Part shown: piece by piece, positions 54,331 through 63,795 of the stretch | Numbering within the stretch: position 1 is the first letter of the stretch | How the letters are laid out: each line of letters begins with the position of its first letter | Sequence record: MZ475897.1 | Length of the DNA stretch: 64,000 nt | Strand: one strand, 5' to 3' | The notes under the pieces: model-generated | Database searches by the model: none | Seen by the model: the letters and a program-made list of their open reading frames with translations, nothing else | Told to the model about the DNA's origin: nothing | Translations under genes and position numbers: made by a program

Positions 54331-56301
54331 TCACTCCAACTTATATTTACGTCGGAACTCTGCTAGACCCATGACAGGAATGCCTTTGTCCATGGCCTTC
54401 TGGAGTTTCGCAGAACCCGAGCCTGGGTCTTTGGCGATAAGAATGGTTGTATCTGCTTTCATGCTATCTGAGGCAGTACCACCAAGCTCAACGATACGCT
54501 GCATCAGTTCACGATCACGAATGCCTGTGAATGCAACGTTAACGCCTTTCAGCTTAGAACTCTTCACCTGAACACGTTTCGGTGCAACCAGCTTAACACC
54601 GATTTCATTTGCAAGCTGATACGCAGAAACACACGCAAGAGCAATATCAGGCGATTTTGTTTTGATGCCGTGAATATCCGAGATAGCTTTAGCGAGCGCC
54701 AGAGGATTCTGTTTGCGCACTAGCTTGTCAAGGTCAGGCACGCTATCGACCACTTTATCAAACGTAGTGTTAGCGCCACGCATGAAGTAAGGCGAGCACG
54801 CTTTGAGCCACGTATTGACAGCAACGCCTGAGCGTAATGCTTTGAGGTCTTTCGCAAGCTGAGCGCCACGCGAGTCACCAACCACTTCACGCAGCACACC
54901 GATAGTTGCAGCGAACAAACGGGCAGGTGTATCAATGCCAGACTCTACGAGCAGCTTCGACGTACTCGGTCCTGTGTTAGCAACGTCCAATCCTTTGAGG
55001 AATGAACTGAGCAGTCGAGTAGTGCCTACCTCAGTCTTGGTATTGATAACGAACTCAACGCCATTGACTTTGTAAGGCACATCAGGCAGCTTTGGCTTCT
55101 TCGCAGGCTTGAGAATCTCCATGATGTATGGGATTACCTTACCGCTACGAATCAGCTTGACCGTAGCACCTGGGCCAAGAGGCTTCTTAGCATGAGGCGC
55201 AGTCGCTTTGCCTTTAGGCTTGAGGTAGCCGTGCTCAACATAGAATCCATTGTGACCATTAGCACGCTGCACAGTGACGCCACCAGTCATCAACGTTGGT
55301 GGGAAGATAACAACAGGCTGCAAGATACCGTACTTGGTTTCTTGATAGATAACATCCTCTACCTTAACGATCACTGTGTCAGCTTCTGCATTCATCTTAA
55401 ACTTGAATGCGTGCTTTGGATTGGATGCAGTCGCTTTAGGGCTGGGTACATCTTCCGTGAGTACAACACCATCCAGCTCGTAGATAGCTTTAGACAGACG
55501 GCGCTCCAAGAACGCGATCAACTCATCTTCTGAATTGAAGCGCTTTGGTGGCGTATGCCTAACGACTTCGAATCCCCAGCGCTCTAGCAGGGCGAACTGC
55601 TTAGACTGTTTGAGCGTAGCACCGTCACCGCCGATGATAGAGAAGCACACCATGCGGACGTACTTGAACTCGGACGCTGTTTCAAAGTTACGCACAAGTC
55701 CAGACGCAGCGTTACGCGCAGCCTTGAAGCGACCACCAGCAGACTCATGCATCTTAGCCATGAATGTCTTTTGAGGAATGAGTGCCTCGAAGCGCAACAC
55801 CGTCTGACCTCTGACTGGAATCTTTTTAGGGATTTTCATCGCAGGGATATGATGGGATACGTCTTTACCGTGAGTAGCATCACCACGGGTATAAGCCTTT
55901 ACAGGCACACCGTCTTGATACACAATCTCAAGGCTCAAGCCATCGAGCTTGTCGGTTGCAACGTAGTCCACATCTTTCGACAGTGCTTTGGCAATCTGCT
56001 TCGAGCCTGCCTGAAACTGATTGAGACTTGCCATAGGTACAGGCAGCTTAACATCAGCATCATCACGCTGACCAATCTTACGAGCCAGCTTCGACTTAGG
56101 CCATTTAGCGTCGATGTAGTTACGGATTGAATCGTACACTGCATCGCTCACCAGACCTTCATCATCCGTATGATATGCGTTGTCCAGAGCGGTTATTAAG
56201 TTACGCACTTGCGTCTGGTTCAAGGTGTCCAAGACCTTTTGAGGGTTCTTGGACAGTTGCTTGAGACTAACAGAGGCAGAAATAGAAAGCCTTACTTTCA
56301 T
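54331..56301 (-). CDS. ligA: NAD+-dependent DNA ligase
   Basis: Domain Ia (AYH...VSDAVYD), KLDG, TRGD, ARNAASG, LDGVV, AFKFK, OB fold, C-terminal BRCT. Confidence 0.92.
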   Translation of the reverse strand: MKVRLSISASVSLKQLSKNPQKVLDTLNQTQVRNLITALDNAYHTDDEGLVSDAVYDSIRNYIDAKWPKSKLARKIGQRDDADVKLPVPMASLNQFQAGSKQIAKALSKDVDYVATDKLDGLSLEIVYQDGVPVKAYTRGDATHGKDVSHHIPAMKIPKKIPVRGQTVLRFEALIPQKTFMAKMHESAGGRFKAARNAASGLVRNFETASEFKYVRMVCFSIIGGDGATLKQSKQFALLERWGFEVVRHTPPKRFNSEDELIAFLERRLSKAIYELDGVVLTEDVPSPKATASNPKHAFKFKMNAEADTVIVKVEDVIYQETKYGILQPVVIFPPTLMTGGVTVQRANGHNGFYVEHGYLKPKGKATAPHAKKPLGPGATVKLIRSGKVIPYIMEILKPAKKPKLPDVPYKVNGVEFVINTKTEVGTTRLLSSFLKGLDVANTGPSTSKLLVESGIDTPARLFAATIGVLREVVGDSRGAQLAKDLKALRSGVAVNTWLKACSPYFMRGANTTFDKVVDSVPDLDKLVRKQNPLALAKAISDIHGIKTKSPDIALACVSAYQLANEIGVKLVAPKRVQVKSSKLKGVNVAFTGIRDRELMQRIVELGGTASDSMKADTTILIAKDPGSGSAKLQKAMDKGIPVMGLAEFRRKYKLE

Positions 56302-56340
56302 GCTTTTCTCCGATCGACATTAACACTCTTGTTTACAGTG

Positions 56341-58287
56341 TTATGATGCGATAGGGTCCTTGTTGACCTCGTAATCTTCCGCCATGTCGTACACGCGATT
56401 GAACAGCTTAGGCGCCATATCTTTCACATGCTCGGCATAGTCAAACAGGTTCTGTTTACGCGCACGATTGACACGCACCTGACGTACTTCGTCTGGGCTA
56501 TTCGTAATGTCGTACAGCGTATACACAACGATGTTATCGGAGGAGTTATGAGTGCTTACCTTGAGGACTACCCAATCGCGTTGCAGTTTAGCATCAGCCT
56601 TGAAGCGGAGGACGTCACCTTCTTCGGCTTCATCTGCACGCGCATCAGGAGTAGACTTGTTAGTTGCGGCAATCTTCTTCGCAGTCTCGGCAGCTTCTTT
56701 CTCTGCCTCAGCCACATCAGAATCTTGGTCTTCATCCGCTTCTGTTTCGTCTACGGCGTCAGAGGTATCGTCATCGGAGTCGTCGTCTTCTTCGTCGTCA
56801 TCTCCAGACGTATCTTCCTCGTCATCTCCTCCGTCGTCGGCATCATCGGGGTCCACATCGGAGTCGTCATCTGAATCGTCGGAGCTATCATCCCCATCCT
56901 CATCATCAGACTCTGAATCGCTATCGTCAGCATCTTCTTCTGCATCTGGATCGTCCTCTTCCGTTTCGTCGTCTGGGTCAACGTCACCGCCTTCAGGGTC
57001 ATCCTCTTCCAGCTCGGAGTCGTCGTCGAGGCTATCCTCTTCTGAGTCGTCTGGCTCATCATCCTTGGTTGAGTTCTTAGCAGAGCCGCCTTTCTTGCGT
57101 ACCTTAGACTTAGGAGCAACTTCCTCTTCGTCATCATCTGGTTCATCAATGTCAGACAGGTCAAGCTCGGAATCGACTTCGTTGTCTGCGCTATCATCAC
57201 CGCCGAACATAGAACTAACGGTGTCCTCCAGGCTGAATACATCACCTGCAAACGGGCTACGTTGAAGAATGTCTTCAAGGCGTTGCTCATCTAGGTCCTG
57301 CTCAAGGTCCAGATGTTCTTCGATAGCATCCTCGAGGTTTTCATGCTCAATGACTTTAGGCAGACGACGACGATCATTCAGGCCAGGGTCATCAGAGTAG
57401 ATGGTACGCTGTGGTCCTGTAGGCGCTTCAATCTCACCGTCACGCACTTTGCGTCTGAGGTCACGCATCTCTGCGCTACGCTCACGCGCTTTCTTGCGTG
57501 CTTCCTGTGCGAGTTCCTTGCGCTGTTGTTTACGCTCAAGGGAAGATGCCTCACGACCTAAACGTTCAGCTTCCTCAAGTTCACGGCCTTCGCGATGGCG
57601 AGCGCGGCGAACCATACGACGATACTGTTTGATAGTATCAACATCAACACTACCAACAGGCCAGTCATTAAGAGGCAGAATGTTTGTGTCATGCACAATC
57701 AGATCGTACTGAGCATCATCAACTTTCAGGAACAGGCCTTCTGTGTTGATAACGATACCGCCTTTACCTTGACGCAAGAAACGCACGCCAATCATATCGT
57801 TGCGGTACATCTTATAAATACCCTTGGTAGTCTTCACAGGATATTCATTGCCGGGCACCATGCGCCATTGATAGTTGGCAAAGTCAACGCCGTACACAGC
57901 TTCTGACTTAACCGATTTCGGCATAAAGCGAGGAGCATCAAACAGGGTGCGATTGATCTTACGCTCAAGGCTCTTAGCGCCAGCAACGCGTGCAGTAGTA
58001 CCAGCCTCACGTTTAACCACAGCTGGTGGCTTACGCAACTTAGAGCTACGTTCAATGAGGAACAGACCTGTCGTTTTGTCGAGAGGGAAATCGACGTGCG
58101 GCATGTCTGGGAAAATCAGTGTATAACGACCACCATTCCTGAGTGGCAGAATACCAAAAGTGTCGCCATTACGAATCATACGTTTGTGTGATCGCTGCGT
58201 CACCTCTCGCCCACGTGAACCAGTAAACTGCATCCACGCGTACTTCGATACGGCATCTTCATATGATGCGGATTCGGAGAGTACCAT
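56341..58287 (-). CDS. Protein with LSESAS N-terminus, two SH3-like modules, charged coiled coil and long acidic tract
   Basis: 648 aa; acidic tract at about 56690-57210. Confidence 0.7.
   Translation of the reverse strand: MVLSESASYEDAVSKYAWMQFTGSRGREVTQRSHKRMIRNGDTFGILPLRNGGRYTLIFPDMPHVDFPLDKTTGLFLIERSSKLRKPPAVVKREAGTTARVAGAKSLERKINRTLFDAPRFMPKSVKSEAVYGVDFANYQWRMVPGNEYPVKTTKGIYKMYRNDMIGVRFLRQGKGGIVINTEGLFLKVDDAQYDLIVHDTNILPLNDWPVGSVDVDTIKQYRRMVRRARHREGRELEEAERLGREASSLERKQQRKELAQEARKKARERSAEMRDLRRKVRDGEIEAPTGPQRTIYSDDPGLNDRRRLPKVIEHENLEDAIEEHLDLEQDLDEQRLEDILQRSPFAGDVFSLEDTVSSMFGGDDSADNEVDSELDLSDIDEPDDDEEEVAPKSKVRKKGGSAKNSTKDDEPDDSEEDSLDDDSELEEDDPEGGDVDPDDETEEDDPDAEEDADDSDSESDDEDGDDSSDDSDDDSDVDPDDADDGGDDEEDTSGDDDEEDDDSDDDTSDAVDETEADEDQDSDVAEAEKEAAETAKKIAATNKSTPDARADEAEEGDVLRFKADAKLQRDWVVLKVSTHNSSDNIVVYTLYDITNSPDEVRQVRVNRARKQNLFDYAEHVKDMAPKLFNRVYDMAEDYEVNKDPIAS
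56690..57210 (-). repeat. Low-complexity Asp/Glu/Ser tract
   Basis: About 170 codons dominated by GAC/GAT/GAA. Confidence 0.9.
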
Positions 58288-58320
58288 GTTATTGTCTCTT
58301 TGTTATACGAACGCTCATTG

Positions 58321-58328
58321 AAATTAGC
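58321..58328 (-). promoter_or_regulatory. GCTAATTT motif, candidate phage late promoter
   Basis: Downstream of the 58341-58360 hairpin, 33 nt upstream of ATG 58287. Confidence 0.55.
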
Positions 58329-58340
58329 TTTTTGAGGGAA

Positions 58341-58360
58341 AGCGGGGATTATCCCCCGCT
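58341..58360 (-). terminator. GC-rich hairpin overlapping a stop codon
   Basis: AGCGGGG/CCCCGCT stem with weak T tail. Confidence 0.5.
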
Positions 58361-61300
58361 CATATAACCTCGTGCGGAACAAGACATAGAACCACATGCA
58401 GAATCACACACGGTTACCTGTGCCCACGTCCATGCACCATTAGGCTGCTCGATAGCATACACAGCAGACGCATCGAATCCCCAAACCTGAGTAGCATTTT
58501 GCAGCGCCTCCAGCTCAGTAGCGAAGTAACCCTCTTTGAGCGGTTCATCTCGCGTACCATGATTAGGAGTTGCAGTCCACGTTTCAAACACAGGACCTTT
58601 GACACGCACAGCACTGTTGGACGTAGCTTTACGCGCAGTAGGCACTTTAGCACGAACAACAGGACGAGCGGTAGTCTTAGGCGCACTTACCTTAGCACGA
58701 ACAGCATTAGCACTCACGACCTTGATAGGCGGTGCTGCTTCTGGATGCCCGATAGCCGCAGTAGGAACGTGTTTGATTCCCTCGTTTGAAGCCAGGTACG
58801 CAGGCGCGGTAGCTTTGAACGCAATGCTATGCGGAACTACTGAATCAGCCACCAGCTTCAATTGATAGAACTGAGGACGTGATGGGTCAATCAGATATTT
58901 CTGCGGGGCTTTCTGCCAATCAGACGCAGCAGGGCCTACGTGGTAGTAGACAGGGTTCGTGTGGAAACGAACGAACGGTATCTCAGGCATAAAGATTACT
59001 GCCGGATGATATACCGGATCTACATACTTACCGACGACAGCCTTGACCTGATACGTCACTACCGAAGGCATCCACTGCGGACGTGCTGGGTCGATGTGAT
59101 ACGTTGTCGATGTAGACACATATACAGGCAGTGCAGTATCAGCCGCGTACAGTCCAGGCTGTTTGACGTACTGCGGTCGTGCACCTTCAACGACGACATA
59201 AGAGTGATCGACTTTGCGGCCAGGCGCAGCAGGAACATGATGCAGGCCCGGCTCAGGACGATACTTACCTTCTGTCTTAGGTGCTACAGCCAGAGTCTGC
59301 TTGACGTAACGCGGCGCAGCAATCTCGAATGAATCCCATGCAGCTTCGAGGCTAAAGTGCGCATCGAACTCAGGAACAAACGCATCAGCTACTGCCTTAC
59401 TGCCTTGCGTCATCTCAAACAGCGGGAACTCTGCAACAGAGTCCTTTTGTCCAAGTGTTGCTTCGAACAGAGGCATATCTGTGACTGTGTGTTCTGTGCC
59501 TTGCGTCAGTTCGAATAGCGGCATGTCCGTTACTGCGTGCTCGGTGCCCTGAGTCATTTCAAACAGATCGAACTCAGTTACACCATTAGAGCCTACAACT
59601 GCTTCAGGTTTCATCAAAGGAGTTGTTTCGACAACATCCTTCTTACCTTCCACCAGCTCAAACAAAGGCATGTCCGTTACTGCTTTCTCTGTGCCTTCCA
59701 CAAGTTCGAACAGGTCGAAATCGGTAACAACAATATCCGAACGAGCAATAAGATCTGCCATGCGGAAGTTATCAACAAAGTCTTTCTGACCTGTATCAAA
59801 CGCAGGACCTGCAACAGTTTCCGCATCGAACGCAGGCGCTACGAAGTTGCGAACAAGAGGCTCTGCGAGAGTAACAGATGCATCCTCAAACTCAAACAGG
59901 TCAATGTAGTTAGCACTGTCTGTCTTAGTCGCGTACTCAACCTCGATCGAGGTAACGTTCTCCGTGTGTGCTGCAATGTAGTGCTGGTCAACGAACTGTG
60001 CTGTCTGCTCGCCCCACTCGTAAGTAGGGTCAACCGTCATGTCGTACAGCCAAGGCAGTGGTGCATTACCCAGCATTAGCGTATGTGGTTGATCGTGCGA
60101 TGGCAGGCCGTAGATTTTCAGCATCGTGTCTGCGCATTCGAATGGACCTACAACGAGTCCTTGATTCTTATACACACCACGTACGTCCAGCTCTTGGACA
60201 ACACGATTGCCGTCAACATCAAGCAGCAAACCTGCAGGCACTGTGATATACGTCCAGAAGTTATCTGGGATGTTATCAAAGAAAATGTCACCGCTATCTG
60301 CCATGACGTAACGTTCGGCACGTTTTGTCTGAGGCACATCACCAAGCCATACCTTGTCAGCCCACACGTACCATTCGTAGTCGTGCTGCTCCGTGCTGAA
60401 CTTGACAGTGTATTGAATATTCTCTGTAGGCGTGAACTCAATCTGAGCCGTACCATTAGCAGGAACAGTTACTGTCTTACCGCCTGACACAAACTTAGCA
60501 TCGGTGTCAGTGATTGTCAGGACAAGAGCACTGGTGCCTGTGTTGCGAATAACATCAGAACGTACAGGCTTACCAATAGGTGCGTATGCCCAGTGACGTC
60601 CTATATCCAGCACAGGTTCAATGATGGTGTACACACCAAACGAGGAGCTTGTCTTGCCTACTTCAACGCTAATCTTTGTCGTGTTGTTTTGTTGCAGCAC
60701 TTCGAAGCCAAGCGTCTGACCATTACGAATAACAGCAGGCTGGGCAGTCTCTACACCATCAACAAAGATCTTAACACGTTCATCAGTTGCTTCTTCACCA
60801 TCCACCAGCACTGCGATAGGAACGGTAACGTTGATGCCGCTGATTGTCACATCTTCGGTACGTGTCCACGTATCGTTCTCAACACCAACAATGTTCTCCC
60901 ACTTGAAAGCGTTAGGAGTATCATCGATCTTGGTTTCGAACTGATATACGGTACGACCAATCGCTACAGGGAATGACGTACCTGTAATGTACGCATGAGA
61001 CAGCGTGACAGTAACTTCATCACCGTTAAACACACGCGTTACAGGCTTACCACCAACAGTTGCTGATACAGACACACCTGCAGGCGCTGAGATAGCGAGA
61101 GGTAAGTCTGGGTCTTCTGCCTGAACTGTCAACGTGAAACTAACAGTCGGACCAAGCTCAACATCAGCCAGATTAGGCCAGACAGTGTTGTAGTTGCGAT
61201 AGTCAATGTGCTTCAGGTTGTTTGTAGGACGCGCTGCGTAATAGAACAGACGGTCATACTGGTCTGCATCTGTATACGGAGCATTGAACAAAGACAGCAC

Positions 61301-62542
61301 AGGCCAGCCGTTACGCGTAGGCGTAGCAACATCAGAGCCACGAAGCGAACTGACAAGAGCATCCGTACCATCAGTACACATACCCTTAGACATATAACCA
61401 GCATCAGTCCAAGCACCGTCAGACCAGTAGAACAGTCTGTCACCATTATTGCTGTTACGGCTGCCGGTACCCGCAAACGACCAACGTATCTCTAATGCAC
61501 GGGCACTGTCAGGAAATGACTCCGAGCGTGCAACATCATAACCAAGAACAGCAGTTGAACCAGTAGGGAACTGGAACCACAATACATTAGATGGCGGGAC
61601 ATAGCTACCGTTATCTGATACGAACCCGATAAGCTCACCAGAAGCAGTGGCGAGCATGTCTGTACCATCAGAGGCGTTGACGTAGAACTTGTCCGTCAGT
61701 ACCTTAGTCTGGTTGAAAGACGCATCGAGGTAATGGGCAGCACCATCACGGTCAAACACCACATAGCTATCAGCAGTACCATTAAGCGCGAAGTTAGCGC
61801 GACGATACACAACACGGTTGACCTTATACCCTAGTTGTATAGGGTCTGCCGTAGACGTCAGGGCTTCATCGAGAATATCGATATGACCATCACGATGAAT
61901 CAGCACCAGACCTGTGCGCTTACCAGTAGAGTCAAAAGTCACATGGTAGTGTGCAAGGTCAACGTCAGTCAGTGCGCTGAAGATCTTCGTGTTAGCCACA
62001 GCACCGTTAGTGTATAAACAGTACAGGGTTTTAGCTTGGCGATCATATACGAACGACACACGCTTGGTAAGGTCAAACGGTGCGTATGCGAGATCACTGA
62101 TTTTAACTACAGGCGATTGCTGCAATTCAGCCTGAGTAGGATTGCGTACACCACCACCAATAACAAGACCGTTGTACGTCGGGTTTAGGGACGCACCAAG
62201 CGGCATTGCATCAACGCCTTGCGTGAAGAAGCGATAGTCCAGCGTCTTCTTGCGAGGTACGGTGAAGATACGAGAAGCTGAATGAACCAGCATCCAGTTG
62301 TCACCGTCTTTGTAATAGACGACTACAGGCTGGGTTGTTGTCTCATCAACAGTGATAGTTGCCTTGAGGGATAGTGCATACACAGAACCCGTTGGCGTAA
62401 TGTCCATCTGAGATGTGTTGTTGCTAAACGTACCACCAGCAACACGAAACGTCAGGACGTCGGTATGACCAGAAATCGTTACGCTATCTGACCACGTAAC
62501 TGGACCGCTGGCCTGCTCGACTACAGGAATCAATTCAGCCAT
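58349..62542 (-). CDS. Large virion fibre-like protein with Ig-like domains and 16-aa repeats
   Basis: 1397 aa; (F/L)FE(L/M)xxG...VTDMP repeats; Cys-rich C-terminus. Confidence 0.7.
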   Translation of the reverse strand: MAELIPVVEQASGPVTWSDSVTISGHTDVLTFRVAGGTFSNNTSQMDITPTGSVYALSLKATITVDETTTQPVVVYYKDGDNWMLVHSASRIFTVPRKKTLDYRFFTQGVDAMPLGASLNPTYNGLVIGGGVRNPTQAELQQSPVVKISDLAYAPFDLTKRVSFVYDRQAKTLYCLYTNGAVANTKIFSALTDVDLAHYHVTFDSTGKRTGLVLIHRDGHIDILDEALTSTADPIQLGYKVNRVVYRRANFALNGTADSYVVFDRDGAAHYLDASFNQTKVLTDKFYVNASDGTDMLATASGELIGFVSDNGSYVPPSNVLWFQFPTGSTAVLGYDVARSESFPDSARALEIRWSFAGTGSRNSNNGDRLFYWSDGAWTDAGYMSKGMCTDGTDALVSSLRGSDVATPTRNGWPVLSLFNAPYTDADQYDRLFYYAARPTNNLKHIDYRNYNTVWPNLADVELGPTVSFTLTVQAEDPDLPLAISAPAGVSVSATVGGKPVTRVFNGDEVTVTLSHAYITGTSFPVAIGRTVYQFETKIDDTPNAFKWENIVGVENDTWTRTEDVTISGINVTVPIAVLVDGEEATDERVKIFVDGVETAQPAVIRNGQTLGFEVLQQNNTTKISVEVGKTSSSFGVYTIIEPVLDIGRHWAYAPIGKPVRSDVIRNTGTSALVLTITDTDAKFVSGGKTVTVPANGTAQIEFTPTENIQYTVKFSTEQHDYEWYVWADKVWLGDVPQTKRAERYVMADSGDIFFDNIPDNFWTYITVPAGLLLDVDGNRVVQELDVRGVYKNQGLVVGPFECADTMLKIYGLPSHDQPHTLMLGNAPLPWLYDMTVDPTYEWGEQTAQFVDQHYIAAHTENVTSIEVEYATKTDSANYIDLFEFEDASVTLAEPLVRNFVAPAFDAETVAGPAFDTGQKDFVDNFRMADLIARSDIVVTDFDLFELVEGTEKAVTDMPLFELVEGKKDVVETTPLMKPEAVVGSNGVTEFDLFEMTQGTEHAVTDMPLFELTQGTEHTVTDMPLFEATLGQKDSVAEFPLFEMTQGSKAVADAFVPEFDAHFSLEAAWDSFEIAAPRYVKQTLAVAPKTEGKYRPEPGLHHVPAAPGRKVDHSYVVVEGARPQYVKQPGLYAADTALPVYVSTSTTYHIDPARPQWMPSVVTYQVKAVVGKYVDPVYHPAVIFMPEIPFVRFHTNPVYYHVGPAASDWQKAPQKYLIDPSRPQFYQLKLVADSVVPHSIAFKATAPAYLASNEGIKHVPTAAIGHPEAAPPIKVVSANAVRAKVSAPKTTARPVVRAKVPTARKATSNSAVRVKGPVFETWTATPNHGTRDEPLKEGYFATELEALQNATQVWGFDASAVYAIEQPNGAWTWAQVTVCDSACGSMSCSARGYMSGG
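59400..59725 (-). repeat. Imperfect 48-nt (16-aa) tandem repeat
   Basis: LFELVEGTEKAVTDMP / LFEMTQGTEHAVTDMP / LFELTQGTEHTVTDMP and further copies, about six in total. Confidence 0.85.
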
Positions 62543-62567
62543 TGCTTTTCCTCACGATGTAGAAACT

Positions 62568-62591
62568 AAAAAGGGCGGCCGAAGCCACCCT
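62568..62591 (-). terminator. Rho-independent terminator
   Basis: Minus strand AGGGTGGC-TTCG-GCCGCCC-TTTTT. Confidence 0.85.
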
Positions 62592-62604
62592 GTGAGGAAT
62601 AGGC

Positions 62605-63777
62605 TTAGGCGCCTGAAGTTGGAGCTGGGTCTGCCGCTTTGTAGCCACGCAGGAAGAAGACACGCATACCGGTGTTGTTCGGACTGTTAGCAGTCAGAGC
62701 TTTATAGGTACGCTTCTTCGGCGTAGTGCCATCGCTTTCCATCTCGTTGTACACCTGCACGTCGAGGTCGGTACCGTTCGATACAACGTCAGCAGACGCG
62801 TAACCAACAATATCCATCTCGTACGGGTAGCTGTAGCGCTGCGTGTTGAAGCCAGCAGGCAGACGGAAGTCGAAGTGGTTATCCTCAGAGAATGGAACCA
62901 TCTGATATGGGTTGATAACCGCTGAGCAGTCAGCACTGTGCAGATGCGCAGGAGCTGGAGCAGTCGGCGCATTCACATCAGATTCACGCACGGTAAAGCG
63001 CATGAGCTGGTACGAACCTGGGCTGTACGTGATAGGACGCACTTCGGTGTTGTTATCCGCAGCGCCGCCACCGTTAACGGTGAACATACAGAACAGAGGA
63101 GCTTTACCATCGACAACCACAGTACCATCGCTGTTGATAGCACGCTGAACAACGAACCACGCAGCACGGCAGCCATCAGAGTCATGGCCTTCTGCCTGAA
63201 TGTGAACAGCGAAGCCGTGCTCAGTCAGAGAGATGTGGTAAGTGAACGGCGTAGCTTCTGGGTCAGCGAAGATCAGACTGTCTGGGTTAGTCTGAGTTGG
63301 CGTGGTAACGTTCTGTGGGAACGCCATAGTGCCGCTGTAGTACACGCTGTTTTGGTTAGCACCAGCAATACCACGATGCCAGAAGCATACTTCGGTATCA
63401 CCAGTTGCACCCTGAGTACCAGTGAAGCGAGCACCAATCTGACCTGAATACTCAGGCATAGAGTTGGAGGTGGTACCAGTAGTGCCTGTCTTAGACACAG
63501 TGCCCGTGTCAGAGATCTGCGTAGGCGAAGCAACATAAAGCTGCGTGCGCTTATCAGTTCCCTTCATGGCCACACGCCATTTCTGCGTAGCAGCCAGCGG
63601 ATCAATGGTATCAGTCGCTTCGATTACGAAGGACGACAGGTCGGTAGAAGGCACAGTGGTTGCTGCCGTACCGTTGAAGCTGATCAGCTTAAAGCCATTA
63701 GCCAACAAATCATTCAGAATGTCTTTCCACATCTTCAGGTTGTTGGTGTAGCCTGATTTAACAATCAGTTTGTTCAT
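62605..63777 (-). CDS. Abundant virion structural protein (paralogue family)
   Basis: 390 aa, strongly biased codons, own terminator; NTQRY...GY.SADV motif shared with the upstream gene. Confidence 0.65.
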   Translation of the reverse strand: MNKLIVKSGYTNNLKMWKDILNDLLANGFKLISFNGTAATTVPSTDLSSFVIEATDTIDPLAATQKWRVAMKGTDKRTQLYVASPTQISDTGTVSKTGTTGTTSNSMPEYSGQIGARFTGTQGATGDTEVCFWHRGIAGANQNSVYYSGTMAFPQNVTTPTQTNPDSLIFADPEATPFTYHISLTEHGFAVHIQAEGHDSDGCRAAWFVVQRAINSDGTVVVDGKAPLFCMFTVNGGGAADNNTEVRPITYSPGSYQLMRFTVRESDVNAPTAPAPAHLHSADCSAVINPYQMVPFSEDNHFDFRLPAGFNTQRYSYPYEMDIVGYASADVVSNGTDLDVQVYNEMESDGTTPKKRTYKALTANSPNNTGMRVFFLRGYKAADPAPTSGA

Positions 63778-63795
63778 GTTTCAAATCCCCTAAGA

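Noticed and set aside
56428-57290. Poly-Ser and other alternative-frame ORFs
   Set aside because: Shadows of the second acidic tract
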